NCBI GenBank assembly: GCA_963789265.1
Contig: CAWBKB010000004.1
Location: 96,001 to 160,000 of the forward strand
From: an uncultured delta proteobacterium
Lineage (GTDB): Bacteria > Desulfobacterota > Desulfomonilia > Desulfomonilales > Desulfomonilaceae
DNA: 64,000 nt
Reading direction: 5' to 3'
A program made the position numbers and the translations under genes. Numbering within the stretch: position 1 is the stretch's first letter; every line of letters begins with the position of its first letter. The notes under the pieces were generated by a model, which saw only the letters and a program-made list of their open reading frames with translations, did not search any database and had not been told where the DNA came from. Shown piece after piece: positions 22,043 to 31,844 of this stretch.

Positions 22043-22070
22043 TTGACAGAGGGGCAGACCTCGGTACACT
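22043..22070 (+). promoter_or_regulatory. sigma70-like promoter of the Cys-rich peptide gene
   Basis: TTGACA-16 nt-TACACT. Confidence 0.45.
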
Positions 22071-22123
22071 TCACGTGCAATTGCCTGTGCGCCTATTAGT
22101 CCGTATGACAGAGGAGAAAGCAA

Positions 22124-22303
22124 ATGAGGAAAATCATATTGTTGGGAGCAATCGTTGCCTTGATTATTGCCGGGTCTCTCGCTGGGGCCAAGTCGCAGTT
22201 TATGGTAAAGTGCTGCGCGAATGGGAAGTGTCAAACCATGACGAGACCGGCCTGTCAGCAGCTAGGAGGACGTATAGTTGATAGCTGCGGGCAATGCAGG
22301 TAA
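22124..22303 (+). CDS. 59-aa secreted six-cysteine peptide
   Basis: Below the ORF-track cutoff: MRKIILLGAIVALIIAGSLAGAKSQFMVKCCANGKCQTMTRPACQQLGGRIVDSCGQCR*. SD GAGGAG. Confidence 0.8.
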   Translation: MRKIILLGAIVALIIAGSLAGAKSQFMVKCCANGKCQTMTRPACQQLGGRIVDSCGQCR

Positions 22304-22384
22304 CACGTCAGCCAAAAAGAAAATCATCGGTGAAATTCAGATTGCAGCATGTCGGGATGCTTCGGGATTGCTCGTTGGCAAGTT

Positions 22385-24334
22385 CTAGAGTTCGATCTGC
22401 ATGCCCAGTTCGATGACGCGATCCGCGGGGAGCCCGTAGAAACTGACGGGCCAGGCGGCATTTCGAGCCAAGAACAGGAACAATTTCTCCCGCCAGAGGG
22501 TCATGATTGGCTCATCTTTCGGCGGTATTAAAATCCGGCCCCCCACATAGTAGGTTACCGAGTCCAGATTCACGTCCAATCCGTGCTCTCGGGCTCGTTC
22601 CAACTCTTCCGGGACTTCTGGGTTATTCATGAACCCGAAATGCAGAATTAGTCCATAGACGCCCATGCCGTACTCCTTCACCTCTGACCGATCCTTAATC
22701 CGTACCCGCGGAAAATCTTCAATGGTAATTGTAAGGAGGATGACCTGCTCGTGTAGCACTTTGTTAAGTTTTAGATGATGCAGCAGCATGGGTGGTGTAC
22801 CTTCACCGCTGGCGGACATGAATACGGCCGTACCGGGTACGCGCACCGGAGGATCTTCGCTGATAAGTTTAACGAAAGAATCCACGGGGATTATGTGCCT
22901 GTCAAGCCGTTGTTTCACGACATTTCGGCCGTGCTTCCACGTGGACATGACGATATAAACGACAGCACCCGCGAGCAGCGGAACCCATCCCCCCTCAACG
23001 ATCCTGAACATGTTCGAACTAAAAAAAGTAAGGTCTACCACCAGGAAGCCGGCAGTTACGGCTGAGGACGCAATCCAGTGCCAATGCCATAGTTCCCGAG
23101 TCACAAAGTAGGCAAGAATTGTCGTGATTACCATAGTAGTCGATACGGCTACTCCATAAGCGCCGGCTAGGTGGCTTGACGTTTGAAAGCCAAGTACCAG
23201 GGCTATAGTGGCAATCATCATCACCCAATTTATGCTCGAAACGTAGATTTGCCCGACCTTTTGAGCGGAGGTCTGCAAAACGCGCAGGCGAGGCAGTAAT
23301 CCAAGGAATGCCGCCTGACGACTCAAAGAAAAAACCCCTGAGATTACGGATTGGGAAGCAATGACAGTTGCCACGGCGGCAAGCACTACTAGAGGATACA
23401 GTGCCCAGCTTGGAGCCAGTTGATAAAAGGGATAAGTCGATTTTGCGCCGGTCAGCAACAGGGCTCCCTGGCCGAAGTAGTTCAGCACCAAAGCGGGCAA
23501 TACAACTGAAAACCAGGCTATTCGAATCGGCTTGGCGCTGAAATGTCCGACGTCTGCATAGAGCGCCTCTCCACCTGCTACCGAAAGGAAGACGGCTCCC
23601 AGCACCAGATATCCGGTGAATTGGTTTTTCACCAAAAAACGAATTGCGTGAACAGGCATCAACGCAGCAAGGACCTTAGGCTCGCTGATAATTCCAGAGA
23701 TTCCAAGGGCCGCACTTACGATGAACCACAGGAGCATTATGGGACCGAACACAGATCCTATGCTCGCCGTACCTTGTCTTTGAAAGACAAAAAGCAAGAT
23801 CAAGACAACTATGGTTATGGGAACAACATAGGGATCGAAAGCCGGGGCTGCCACCTTAAGGCCTTCTATTGCACTGAGTACCGAGATGGCCGGTGTAATG
23901 ATTCCGTCTCCGTAAAGTAATGCCGCGCCGAAGACGCCAAGCACAATCACCGTTGACCGAGTTTTCCGTTTGCGCCAAGGAGACAGAAGAGCCATCAGCG
24001 CGAGAATTCCCCCCTCTCCTCGGTTGTCCATGCGCATTACGTACATGATGTACTTGAGAGAGACGATAATAACGAGTGCCCAGAATATGAGCGAGAGCAC
24101 ACCGAGCACGTTGTCGGGTGAAGGAGAGACGGGATGTTTGCCGTCAAAACACTCGCGCAGAGCAAAGAGAGTATTTGTGCCGATATCGCCGTAGACGATG
24201 CCCAGGGCCGTTAAAGAAACTACGAGCACCCCCTTTTGTCGGCCCTCCGGGCGACGCGGTTCCTGTTCGCCATTGTCGCCTGCAAGTTTTTCCGGCTCTT
24301 CGTCTACAACTTGCTCTTTTTCTTCTTCCGCCAT
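22385..24334 (-). CDS. kup: Potassium uptake protein Kup (KUP/HAK/KT)
   Basis: LGIVYGDIGT, DNRGEGGILAL, DGIITPAISVLSAIEG, GGEALYADVGHF, ASQSVISG, RVPGTAVF. Confidence 0.96.
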   Translation of the reverse strand: MAEEEKEQVVDEEPEKLAGDNGEQEPRRPEGRQKGVLVVSLTALGIVYGDIGTNTLFALRECFDGKHPVSPSPDNVLGVLSLIFWALVIIVSLKYIMYVMRMDNRGEGGILALMALLSPWRKRKTRSTVIVLGVFGAALLYGDGIITPAISVLSAIEGLKVAAPAFDPYVVPITIVVLILLFVFQRQGTASIGSVFGPIMLLWFIVSAALGISGIISEPKVLAALMPVHAIRFLVKNQFTGYLVLGAVFLSVAGGEALYADVGHFSAKPIRIAWFSVVLPALVLNYFGQGALLLTGAKSTYPFYQLAPSWALYPLVVLAAVATVIASQSVISGVFSLSRQAAFLGLLPRLRVLQTSAQKVGQIYVSSINWVMMIATIALVLGFQTSSHLAGAYGVAVSTTMVITTILAYFVTRELWHWHWIASSAVTAGFLVVDLTFFSSNMFRIVEGGWVPLLAGAVVYIVMSTWKHGRNVVKQRLDRHIIPVDSFVKLISEDPPVRVPGTAVFMSASGEGTPPMLLHHLKLNKVLHEQVILLTITIEDFPRVRIKDRSEVKEYGMGVYGLILHFGFMNNPEVPEELERAREHGLDVNLDSVTYYVGGRILIPPKDEPIMTLWREKLFLFLARNAAWPVSFYGLPADRVIELGMQIEL

Positions 24335-24723
24335 CAGGAATTCCTTCCAGCGATACCAATTAATCCCGGAGTCCACGTAGGAGACGCTTTTCACAAAGGA
24401 ACTACGGGGCATGAAAATTATGTGTCGTCTCTAACAGCGCCTATAGCTCCGCGGACTCGCAGACAGGTCAACCTCGTTCCTTACAAAAGGCTCCATTGCC
24501 GGATGATGTGAATCCCAACAATGCACTTTGATTTCTAATTCTTCCAGTGTGGGGCGAGCAGCAAAGACCGCACAACGGTTGCCAGGTGTGGAATCCCATC
24601 AAGAACGTCGTGACATGGTTTATCACTTTTCGGAACTACTGTAAGTCAGCGATGCTTTAGCAATTAGCCGGGTCGATCAAACCAGGCGAATTCCCCGCCC
24701 CTACGCTTGAATTTGCGCAATTC

Positions 24724-24978
24724 TCAATCGACGATTTTAATATCCTGAGAAGATTCGACAAATGCCCTGAGAATCTGGCTATCCGACAACTGTTGACGCT
24801 CCTGGAGTTCTCCCTTGGATATTAACCCCGCTTGCACCAAGTAACCCAGGACTCGATCGAAGCCTTCGACCGTCAGACCATACTTCACACTCAACTCTAA
24901 ATCGGTCATGCCCGACCGAATGTCTTTTACGAATTCCTTACCCTTGATAGTTCGCGCATTCGGCTGGGTCTTTGGCAT
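24724..24978 (-). CDS. Small helical protein (Desulfomonile-type 'DIRSGMTD..L..KYGL' domain)
   Basis: 84 aa, SD AAGGAG. IKGKEFVKDIRSGMTDLELSVKYGLT..G..RVL..LVQAGLI resembles a family I recall as expanded in Desulfomonile. Confidence 0.7.
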   Translation of the reverse strand: MPKTQPNARTIKGKEFVKDIRSGMTDLELSVKYGLTVEGFDRVLGYLVQAGLISKGELQERQQLSDSQILRAFVESSQDIKIVD

Positions 24979-25051
24979 AGTGCCGGACTCCTTTCATCCC
25001 TATTATAAGTCATGGAACAAAAGGATGCGGTCATCGGTCGGGTTCGTGAGC

Positions 25052-25369
25052 CTAAACCAGCCTGTATCCCGCCCCTTTCCAAGCTTCGACGCCGCCATTG
25101 AGAACCTTGGAGTTATTGTATCCCAATTGAATGTACTTGGCTGCCTGACCGACAGCCGCTCCGTCATCAGGTCAAGCGCAGTAAAATACAATTTCCTTGT
25201 CCTTGGACAAGTCAGTTAATCTGTCCCGAAAGGCACTCAGGTTGATAGCTCCCTCCAGACGCAGCCTCTCGCACCTTTCGTCATCAGCATAGGCGCACAC
25301 CAGGATAGCGTTGCCGGCATTCACTTCCTCATGAGCTTCTTCCGCATCGATGCGCTCGGGATTTGCCAT
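25052..25369 (-). CDS. Rhodanese-like selenoprotein (CxU motif)
   Basis: The ORF stops at IVFYCA-TGA (25172-25174), but readthrough gives PDDGAAVGQAAKYIQLGYNNSKVLNGGVEAWKGAGYRLV*, completing the rhodanese fold (105 aa). A SECIS-like hairpin follows the TGA. Confidence 0.88.
25139..25157 (-). promoter_or_regulatory. Putative bacterial SECIS element (rhodanese)
   Basis: GGCUGUC-GGUCA-GGCAGCC 7-bp stem with a G-initiated loop, 21 nt after the UGA. Confidence 0.65.
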
Positions 25370-25617
25370 AATTAGTTCCCCCTTTTTCCAATATCTTATC
25401 CAATTCTCTCTTGATCACCCTATCTTGTCAATTGCTGGGTCGCGTCCTTAGTACTAAGTGCTGCGTTGCGGAAATACGGTCGCGTGTTTGGGCGCCACTG
25501 CCGGCTTGCCCAGCCGTGGCAGCCGGCGCTTTAAGAAGGCAGCTCTCTCTTTGCGCGAGAATGGTTTTGTAGCACAACCGGCTCTGTGCTAAAATTTGGG
25601 AAAAAAGAGGTAATCAC

Positions 25618-25848
25618 GTGTCACATCGAGGAACAGAAATTCTAAGAGAGGCCCTATCTCTTCCTCCTGATGATCGGGCGGAAATAGCGGAGCGACTGCT
25701 GTCAAGTCTCGACCCCCCAGACCGACAGAATCTAGATGACCTGTGGGCAAGTGAAGCCGAAGACCGTCTTGACGCATACGAACGAGGTGAAATTAAAACC
25801 ATTGACGCCAAGCAGGTTTTTGATCAAATCGCTCCCAAGGCCAAATGA
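25618..25848 (+). CDS. Addiction module antitoxin (TIGR02574-like)
   Basis: ALSLPPDDRAEIAERLLSSLD...W..EAEDRLDAYERGE. ATGA overlap with the toxin. Confidence 0.88.
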   Translation: MSHRGTEILREALSLPPDDRAEIAERLLSSLDPPDRQNLDDLWASEAEDRLDAYERGEIKTIDAKQVFDQIAPKAK

Positions 25849-26150
25849 ACGTCGAGTTTCTTGAACCCGCGTGGGCAGAGTTCATCGAGGCTGTGGAGTA
25901 TTATAATGGCCAAAAGGAAGGACTCGGCTTTGAATTTTCTGAAGAGATTTGGACTACAATCGAAAGGATTATCCAATATCCTGAAGCCTGGTCACTAATT
26001 TCCAAGAGAACTCGACGCTGCCGTACAAACCGTTTTGCCTACGGAATAATGTATCAAATCAGAGGTAAAACTCTCCTCATCATTGCCGTCATGCATCTTC
26101 GCCGCGAACCCCTATCTTGGAAAAGAAAAATTCCTAAGCGAAGCCAGTAG
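25845..26150 (+). CDS. Type II toxin, RelE/ParE family
   Basis: MNVEFLEPAWAEFIEAVEYY..GLGFEF..RRCRTNRFAYGIMY..LLIIAVMHLRREP. Confidence 0.9.
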   Translation: MNVEFLEPAWAEFIEAVEYYNGQKEGLGFEFSEEIWTTIERIIQYPEAWSLISKRTRRCRTNRFAYGIMYQIRGKTLLIIAVMHLRREPLSWKRKIPKRSQ

Positions 26151-26338
26151 CTTTTCCTTCGTTCCACCTTGCTTATATACGTGACTCTGTCCTTCACGAT
26201 TGCCGTTGACCGAAGCTCCAAGCTGAAGTATCCTCGCAAGCCGGTAGGAATGCCGAAAAATCGATCACATCAACAGAGCATTGCATCCGTCGAAGGACCT
26301 GGAGAGAGGGGTCGTTCGCGGCCGTGACAGGAACCCGA

Positions 26339-28144
26339 ATGAGGCTGAAGCAAAGGCTGAAAGCTAAGCTGGACCAATTGATGCTATGGCGTGCAGTGCG
26401 ATTGGTATGGGAGAGCGCCCCGGGTTGGACTGCTCTCAATCTTGTCGCCATCTCGGTACAGGGCTTGCTTCCATTGGCAGCAGTGTACGTCATGAAGCTG
26501 GTTGTAGATGCGGTCACTGGGGCGATCGGACTTGGGACGGGTCAGGCGGACATGGGGCACATTCTCTTTCTGGTCTCGATTTCTGGTGCAATCATTCTGG
26601 TGCAATCCCTGGTAGCTTCCGCCGCTAATATTGTGAAGAGCATTCAGTCGCAGATGGTGACGGACAAGTTGGCCGTCATCATTCAGAGCAAGGCAGTCAA
26701 TGTCGATATGGAATGCTACGACGATCCCGACTATTATGACAAGCTGCACAGGGCCGAGGACGAGGTGGCCTTCCGTCCTAACAGGGTCGTGGACGGTCTG
26801 GTGGATCTCTTCAAGAACCTGATCTCGCTATTTGCGATGGCCGGGTTGCTATTTTCGTTTCATGCAGTCTTGGCCGCCGCGGTGCTGCTTGCATGCGTCC
26901 CTGACTTCCTCGTTCGCCTAAGATTCAGCGAGAAACTGTACAACTGGTTCTGTGACAATACTGCGCAAATACGGCTTGCGAACTTCCTGCATTGGATGCT
27001 CACCAAGCAGTTCCACGTCAAGGAAATGCGTATCTACGGTCTCGGGGCGACCCTGATGAATCGATTTGAGAAGATTCGCTCCGTCTTGCGGCAAGACAAA
27101 TTCAGACTTGTCGCTCGTTACGGCATTGGCGAAATGCTTGCCGGCATAGTGACCGTGGCCGCGTATCTGGCCGCGTACATCTTCATTGTCTACCGAACGG
27201 TTTCAGGGGCTATCACTTTGGGTGATATGGTCATGTATTACCAGGCATTTCAGCTTGCCCAGGAAAACTTCAAGAGCATGATGAGGAGCACTGCCCTACT
27301 TTTCGAAGATAGTCTGTTCATTGCAAGTCTCTATGATTTCCTGCACTGGGAAAACAGAATCAAAGAGCCCGCCCGCCCGAAAGCGCTCCCCAAAGACATT
27401 GTTTCAGGCATAGTCCTGGAGTCGGTCAGTTTTCGATACCCGGGCAGGAGCAACGATGTGCTGGAAGACGTGACCTTGAGCATGAAGCCTGGCCGGATTA
27501 CTGCTCTAGTCGGCGAAAACGGTTCGGGCAAGACCAGCCTGCTGAAGCTGTTGTGCCGGTTTTACGATCCCACAAGCGGCCGGATCGCCATAGACGGGCA
27601 GGATCTTAATTCGGTGAGCCGAGAAGACCTGTGGAGACGCATGGGAGTGATGTTTCAAGATTATGCAAAGTATCCGATGACTGCACGGGAGAATGTCTCT
27701 TTTGGCGCCTGCCACGCAGATGAAAGAATGGACCGTGTCGTCAAGGCGGCAAGCGAGGCGGCTGCCCATACCATGATTATGAATCTGCGGCACCAGTACG
27801 ACACGATGCTGAGCAACTATCTTGAAGGAGGACAGGAATTGAGCGAGGGCGAGTGGCAGAAAATGGCTCTCGCACGGGCGCTGTATAACCGCGGGCAAAT
27901 TCTGCTCCTGGATGAGCCGACTTCCTCCATGGACGCGATGTCCGAGCGTTATTTCCTTGAGCAGCTCAAAGCGCGATCTAACGGTCAAGTAGTGCTGCTC
28001 ATAAGTCACCATCTGCCGACGGTTAGCATGGCAGACTGGATATACGTTCTCGATCGAGGTCGTATTGTGGAAACGGGAACGTATGAGCAACTCTTGACCG
28101 TGCGGGGAAGTTTCTGGCGCCTATTCAAGGCCGGTGCCTCGTGA
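26339..28144 (+). CDS. ABC exporter, fused permease/ATP-binding protein
   Basis: TM domain, GENGSGKT Walker A, LSEGEWQK signature variant, LLLDEPTS. Start is ATG 26339 or GTG 26324. Confidence 0.9.
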   Translation: MRLKQRLKAKLDQLMLWRAVRLVWESAPGWTALNLVAISVQGLLPLAAVYVMKLVVDAVTGAIGLGTGQADMGHILFLVSISGAIILVQSLVASAANIVKSIQSQMVTDKLAVIIQSKAVNVDMECYDDPDYYDKLHRAEDEVAFRPNRVVDGLVDLFKNLISLFAMAGLLFSFHAVLAAAVLLACVPDFLVRLRFSEKLYNWFCDNTAQIRLANFLHWMLTKQFHVKEMRIYGLGATLMNRFEKIRSVLRQDKFRLVARYGIGEMLAGIVTVAAYLAAYIFIVYRTVSGAITLGDMVMYYQAFQLAQENFKSMMRSTALLFEDSLFIASLYDFLHWENRIKEPARPKALPKDIVSGIVLESVSFRYPGRSNDVLEDVTLSMKPGRITALVGENGSGKTSLLKLLCRFYDPTSGRIAIDGQDLNSVSREDLWRRMGVMFQDYAKYPMTARENVSFGACHADERMDRVVKAASEAAAHTMIMNLRHQYDTMLSNYLEGGQELSEGEWQKMALARALYNRGQILLLDEPTSSMDAMSERYFLEQLKARSNGQVVLLISHHLPTVSMADWIYVLDRGRIVETGTYEQLLTVRGSFWRLFKAGAS

Positions 28145-28355
28145 TGACAAGGGATAGAAAGTTCCCGGTGTAAGTCAACGATTAGCCACGATATGACAAA
28201 TAGTTTGACAAACAGCCACTCCATGAGTATACCAAACACTTGACGTAAGATTCGACCTGTTCATCATCTAACCTTGCCAGCTTTAGTACTATCCTATATA
28301 TCGCGGAGGCCTGAGGTTTGTTACGACGGTGATCGCAAGTAGGTCGACACTCCCC

Positions 28356-30113
28356 ATGAAATCAGTCAAAGATCTCGACTTTTCACCGGCGGGGGAATAT
28401 TTCCCCTCTCCCTTGGACTGGCGGGATGTCATACTCTACAGCCTCCTGGTAGACAGGTTTGATGACGGCTCGTGCCCGTCTAATCACGAGGATACCGAGG
28501 CTCGAAGTGCTGAGAGGTCTAGAGGGAAGCGCAAAGTCTTTCAAGGCGGCAATCTCAAGGGAGTAATCCGTCGGCTGGATTACATTGCCGATTTAGGCGC
28601 CAACGGGATATGGCTTAGCCCTATTTTTAGGAATCGTCCCGAACGCGAGGATACTTATCACGGTTACGGTGTTCACAGCTTCCTGGAAGTGGATCCGCGA
28701 TTCGGTACAATGCAGGAACTTCGCGAACTCGTAACCAAGGCACATGCCCGCGGCATGTACGTGATTCTTGACATTATAGCCAATTATACGGGAGATAACT
28801 GGGCGTACGAAGGTGATCGATTCTGCGAGTATTCGCCTGAGGTTGCCGGACCGTATCCTTTCGGATTTTGGCGAACGCTGTCCGCGGGCAGGAATGGGTC
28901 AGGCAAGAATGGTTCGGGCAAGAATGGCTCGGGCAACAATGGTTCGTGCAATGATGCCGTGTGGCCGCAAGAGCTCCAACTGCAACAATATTACGTGAGA
29001 CGCGGAAAGATACGAGACTGGAAAGTGGAAGGTGCAGAGGCGACCGAGGGTGATTTTGACTCCTTGAAGAAGCTTGACATTCGACGGCGTGAAGTGCTGG
29101 ACATTCTTATACGGATTTACAAGTATTGGATACGCGGCGCGGATGTCGATGGATTTCGTCTCGATGCTACCAAACATATGGATCCGCTTTCCACAGCCCT
29201 CTTTTGTTCAGCGATTCGGGAATATGCCAAGACACTTGGGAAACACAATTTCTTGATTTTTGGTGAAATTGCCTCAGGGTATAAGACCATTGAGCAATAT
29301 CTCAAGGGCTGCGCTTGCTGCTCGGGAAACGGCCATCGACGTCATGGTGTTGACGCGGCGCTGGATTTTCCCTTGAGCTACATATTGGAGCGTGTGGTGA
29401 AGGGGTTCTCAAGTCCGGAAGAGCTCCGGTGGGTGTATAACGGGACCAATCCGCTGTACGCCAATGGACGAGATCCGGGTTTGAACTCTGTGACCTTTTT
29501 GGATAACCACGACCGGAATCAGCGCTTTATGCACAAAAATCCGTATCAACAGCAGTTGGTACTGGCGTTGGGGTATCTGTTGACCAGCCTTGGCGTTCCT
29601 TCCATCTATTACGGCACCGAGCAGGGATTTGACGGAGGGGGCCCCGATCTGCACTATGTGCGGGAGTGCATGTTCGGCGGCAATTGGGGAGCGTTCGGCC
29701 GGCGCGGACGGAGTTGCTTTGACACGAAACATCCTATTTACAAAAGTATAGCCGGCATTGCGGCCATTAGGCGGCAAGAGGCCGCACTTCGGTATGGCAG
29801 ACAGTATTTCCGGGAAACGAGCACGGACAGGGTACGCTTTGCTTATCCCGCGGACAGACACTGCACTTTGGCATACTCCCGAGTAATGGACGACACCGAG
29901 ATCCTCATCGCGCTAAACTTGGATTTCAATCCTCGAAATGACTTCGTCACCGTTGATTTCAATCTGCACGAGGATGGCGAATGGTTGGAGGATCTGCTAC
30001 AGCCGGGATTCCGGGCTCGGATCATCAAACGAAATGGGCGCAGCATGGTGCAAATAAGCCTGAAAGGCATGCAGATGGCTATCCTTAAGAAGAAAGATCA
30101 CTTTGCACTTTGA
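28356..30113 (+). CDS. Alpha-amylase family glycoside hydrolase (GH13)
   Basis: GGNLKG..LDYI..LG, YHGY, VDPRFGT, DGFRLDATKH, FGE, FLDNHD, IYYGTEQG. Confidence 0.92.
   Translation: MKSVKDLDFSPAGEYFPSPLDWRDVILYSLLVDRFDDGSCPSNHEDTEARSAERSRGKRKVFQGGNLKGVIRRLDYIADLGANGIWLSPIFRNRPEREDTYHGYGVHSFLEVDPRFGTMQELRELVTKAHARGMYVILDIIANYTGDNWAYEGDRFCEYSPEVAGPYPFGFWRTLSAGRNGSGKNGSGKNGSGNNGSCNDAVWPQELQLQQYYVRRGKIRDWKVEGAEATEGDFDSLKKLDIRRREVLDILIRIYKYWIRGADVDGFRLDATKHMDPLSTALFCSAIREYAKTLGKHNFLIFGEIASGYKTIEQYLKGCACCSGNGHRRHGVDAALDFPLSYILERVVKGFSSPEELRWVYNGTNPLYANGRDPGLNSVTFLDNHDRNQRFMHKNPYQQQLVLALGYLLTSLGVPSIYYGTEQGFDGGGPDLHYVRECMFGGNWGAFGRRGRSCFDTKHPIYKSIAGIAAIRRQEAALRYGRQYFRETSTDRVRFAYPADRHCTLAYSRVMDDTEILIALNLDFNPRNDFVTVDFNLHEDGEWLEDLLQPGFRARIIKRNGRSMVQISLKGMQMAILKKKDHFAL
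28887..28946 (+). repeat. 15-bp x4 in-frame repeat (GxNGS)4 inside the GH13 gene
   Basis: GGCAGGAATGGGTCA GGCAAGAATGGTTCG GGCAAGAATGGCTCG GGCAACAATGGTTCG. Confidence 0.85.
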
Positions 30114-31791
30114 ACGCTGCCATTCACGGATCAAATCTTCCTGGGCGACTCTGGCGGTGTTAGCCGCCGTCACAATCATCTACACTGCTTCGATTATAGC
30201 TGCCAACGGATTTACAATTGACGATGCCTATATCTCGGCCAGATACGCAAAGAACCTTGCCGTTAGCGGTCAATTGACGTGGAACTTGGGGGAATCTCCG
30301 AAGACGGAAGGATACACATCGCCGCTTTGGGTTGTCGCATCATCATTGATGTTCTTCGTGACTAACCGCTCTTCATTTCGACTGATGCAGCTCATGAGCA
30401 TTGTTTTCGGAGCTTTGACGCTATTGATGCTGTTTGCGCTGGCACGCAGGCTACATTTTTCGGGAAGCACGGCTGCATTGCCTCCTTTGTTTCTGGCCCT
30501 GAGTTCCCCGTTTGTTTTATGGAGTGCCTCCGGAATGGAGAATGCTCTTTACACGTTTCTGATTCTCCTGGGACTGTACCTGGTAATTGATGAAGAAGAT
30601 AAGGGATTAAGGTATGAAACTCCGTTGGTCTTATTTCTTGTCTTCCTGGCTCGGACGGAAGGCCTGGTGTTCTATGGCGCAGTGGTCATTGTCAGAAGTA
30701 TCAAATTCGTACTAAACATTGATGGCGCACGCGGCCAAATAAAGAAGCTTCTCACCTGGAATGCAATATTTCTATCCTGCTTTCTGGCGTACCTACTTTG
30801 GAAAATTTACTATTACGGAGCAGTTCTGCCTTTGCCCGTGTATGTCAAAAGGCCGGCCGGACTTGTGGGCTTGGCGTACGTCGGGAGCTTCTTAATTTAT
30901 GTTGCACCGTTTCTGTTATTAGCATTGCTTGGCTTGAGAAATGCCCGGAACATAAAGAAGCTGTATTTGTGGGCCGCGCTTGGTTCCTATCTCCTGGCAA
31001 TCTCCTTTTCAAATCCAATGATGGGATATGACTATAGGCTTCTGGTCGCGGCCTTCCCCCTTGTGTATTTGCTTGCCGCATGGGAGCTGGATCTGCTATT
31101 CAACAGCGAGTTCACAAATAAGGTGAATGCATTGCTATACATTGTGATTGTATGCTTTCTTTCGATTACGATTACAAAGTACCCGGTAGACTATGCGGAT
31201 TCATTGCGTGACAAAGCCTCGGCAAGCGCTCAAGTTCTCGGGCAAGTACACATTCCGCTGGGCAAATGGCTCCACCAACAGCAGGTAAAGGCCGGTATGA
31301 AGAGGGTTGCCCTTGCAGATGCGGGTGCCATTTCGTTCTATTTCGGCGGCGAGACCATAGACCTTTATGGCTTAAACGACAGAGAGATAGCGCACAAAGG
31401 ATTTTCCGTCCGGCGAGTTCTCGACAGAAAACCGGATTACGTGATTCTCAACAGCAGGAGCGATACGAAGTTTCAGGGCAACAACACACCCTGCGGGGAG
31501 ATGTCCGAGGAAATATTCGCGTCAGACCTGTTCAGAAAGCACTATTCGTTCGTGAAGCAGTTCGTGAGCTACAAGCCATTTTACTCATTATGGGTATATG
31601 AGCGGAAATTCAAAGGCTCTTCGCGTAAGTGCGTGCCTGGCATTTTTCATTCGCGTGTGCCTGTGAAAGTCCCTGGAATATGCCAGCATACCAACACGGT
31701 ATTTACCGCCCATCGCGGTTCCAGCACAAAACTGATAGGTCTTAACTATGCCTTCGTATCACCTGGATGTGGTTGCCCCCAGGTTTCGTAG
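30103..31791 (+). CDS. Polytopic membrane glycosyltransferase (GT-C fold-like)
   Basis: IDDAYISARYAKNLA..G.LTWN.GE..EGYTSPLW, SGMEN, RTEG, DAGAI.F...IDLYGLND. Many TM segments. Confidence 0.78.
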   Translation: MHFERCHSRIKSSWATLAVLAAVTIIYTASIIAANGFTIDDAYISARYAKNLAVSGQLTWNLGESPKTEGYTSPLWVVASSLMFFVTNRSSFRLMQLMSIVFGALTLLMLFALARRLHFSGSTAALPPLFLALSSPFVLWSASGMENALYTFLILLGLYLVIDEEDKGLRYETPLVLFLVFLARTEGLVFYGAVVIVRSIKFVLNIDGARGQIKKLLTWNAIFLSCFLAYLLWKIYYYGAVLPLPVYVKRPAGLVGLAYVGSFLIYVAPFLLLALLGLRNARNIKKLYLWAALGSYLLAISFSNPMMGYDYRLLVAAFPLVYLLAAWELDLLFNSEFTNKVNALLYIVIVCFLSITITKYPVDYADSLRDKASASAQVLGQVHIPLGKWLHQQQVKAGMKRVALADAGAISFYFGGETIDLYGLNDREIAHKGFSVRRVLDRKPDYVILNSRSDTKFQGNNTPCGEMSEEIFASDLFRKHYSFVKQFVSYKPFYSLWVYERKFKGSSRKCVPGIFHSRVPVKVPGICQHTNTVFTAHRGSSTKLIGLNYAFVSPGCGCPQVS

Positions 31792-31844
31792 CTGCTTCTT
31801 GGCGTATTCATTGCCTTGTTCGGCAGCCTTTCTGAAAAGCAAAA

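Noticed and set aside
24335..24720. c-di-AMP riboswitch upstream of kup
   Set aside because: No recognisable ydaO consensus by eye. An Infernal scan would be needed to exclude it fully.
26339..28144. Lasso peptide / RiPP cluster around the ABC exporter
   Set aside because: No precursor, PqqD/RRE, cyclase or protease genes are nearby. The 6-Cys peptide is 4 kb away and has a Sec-type signal.
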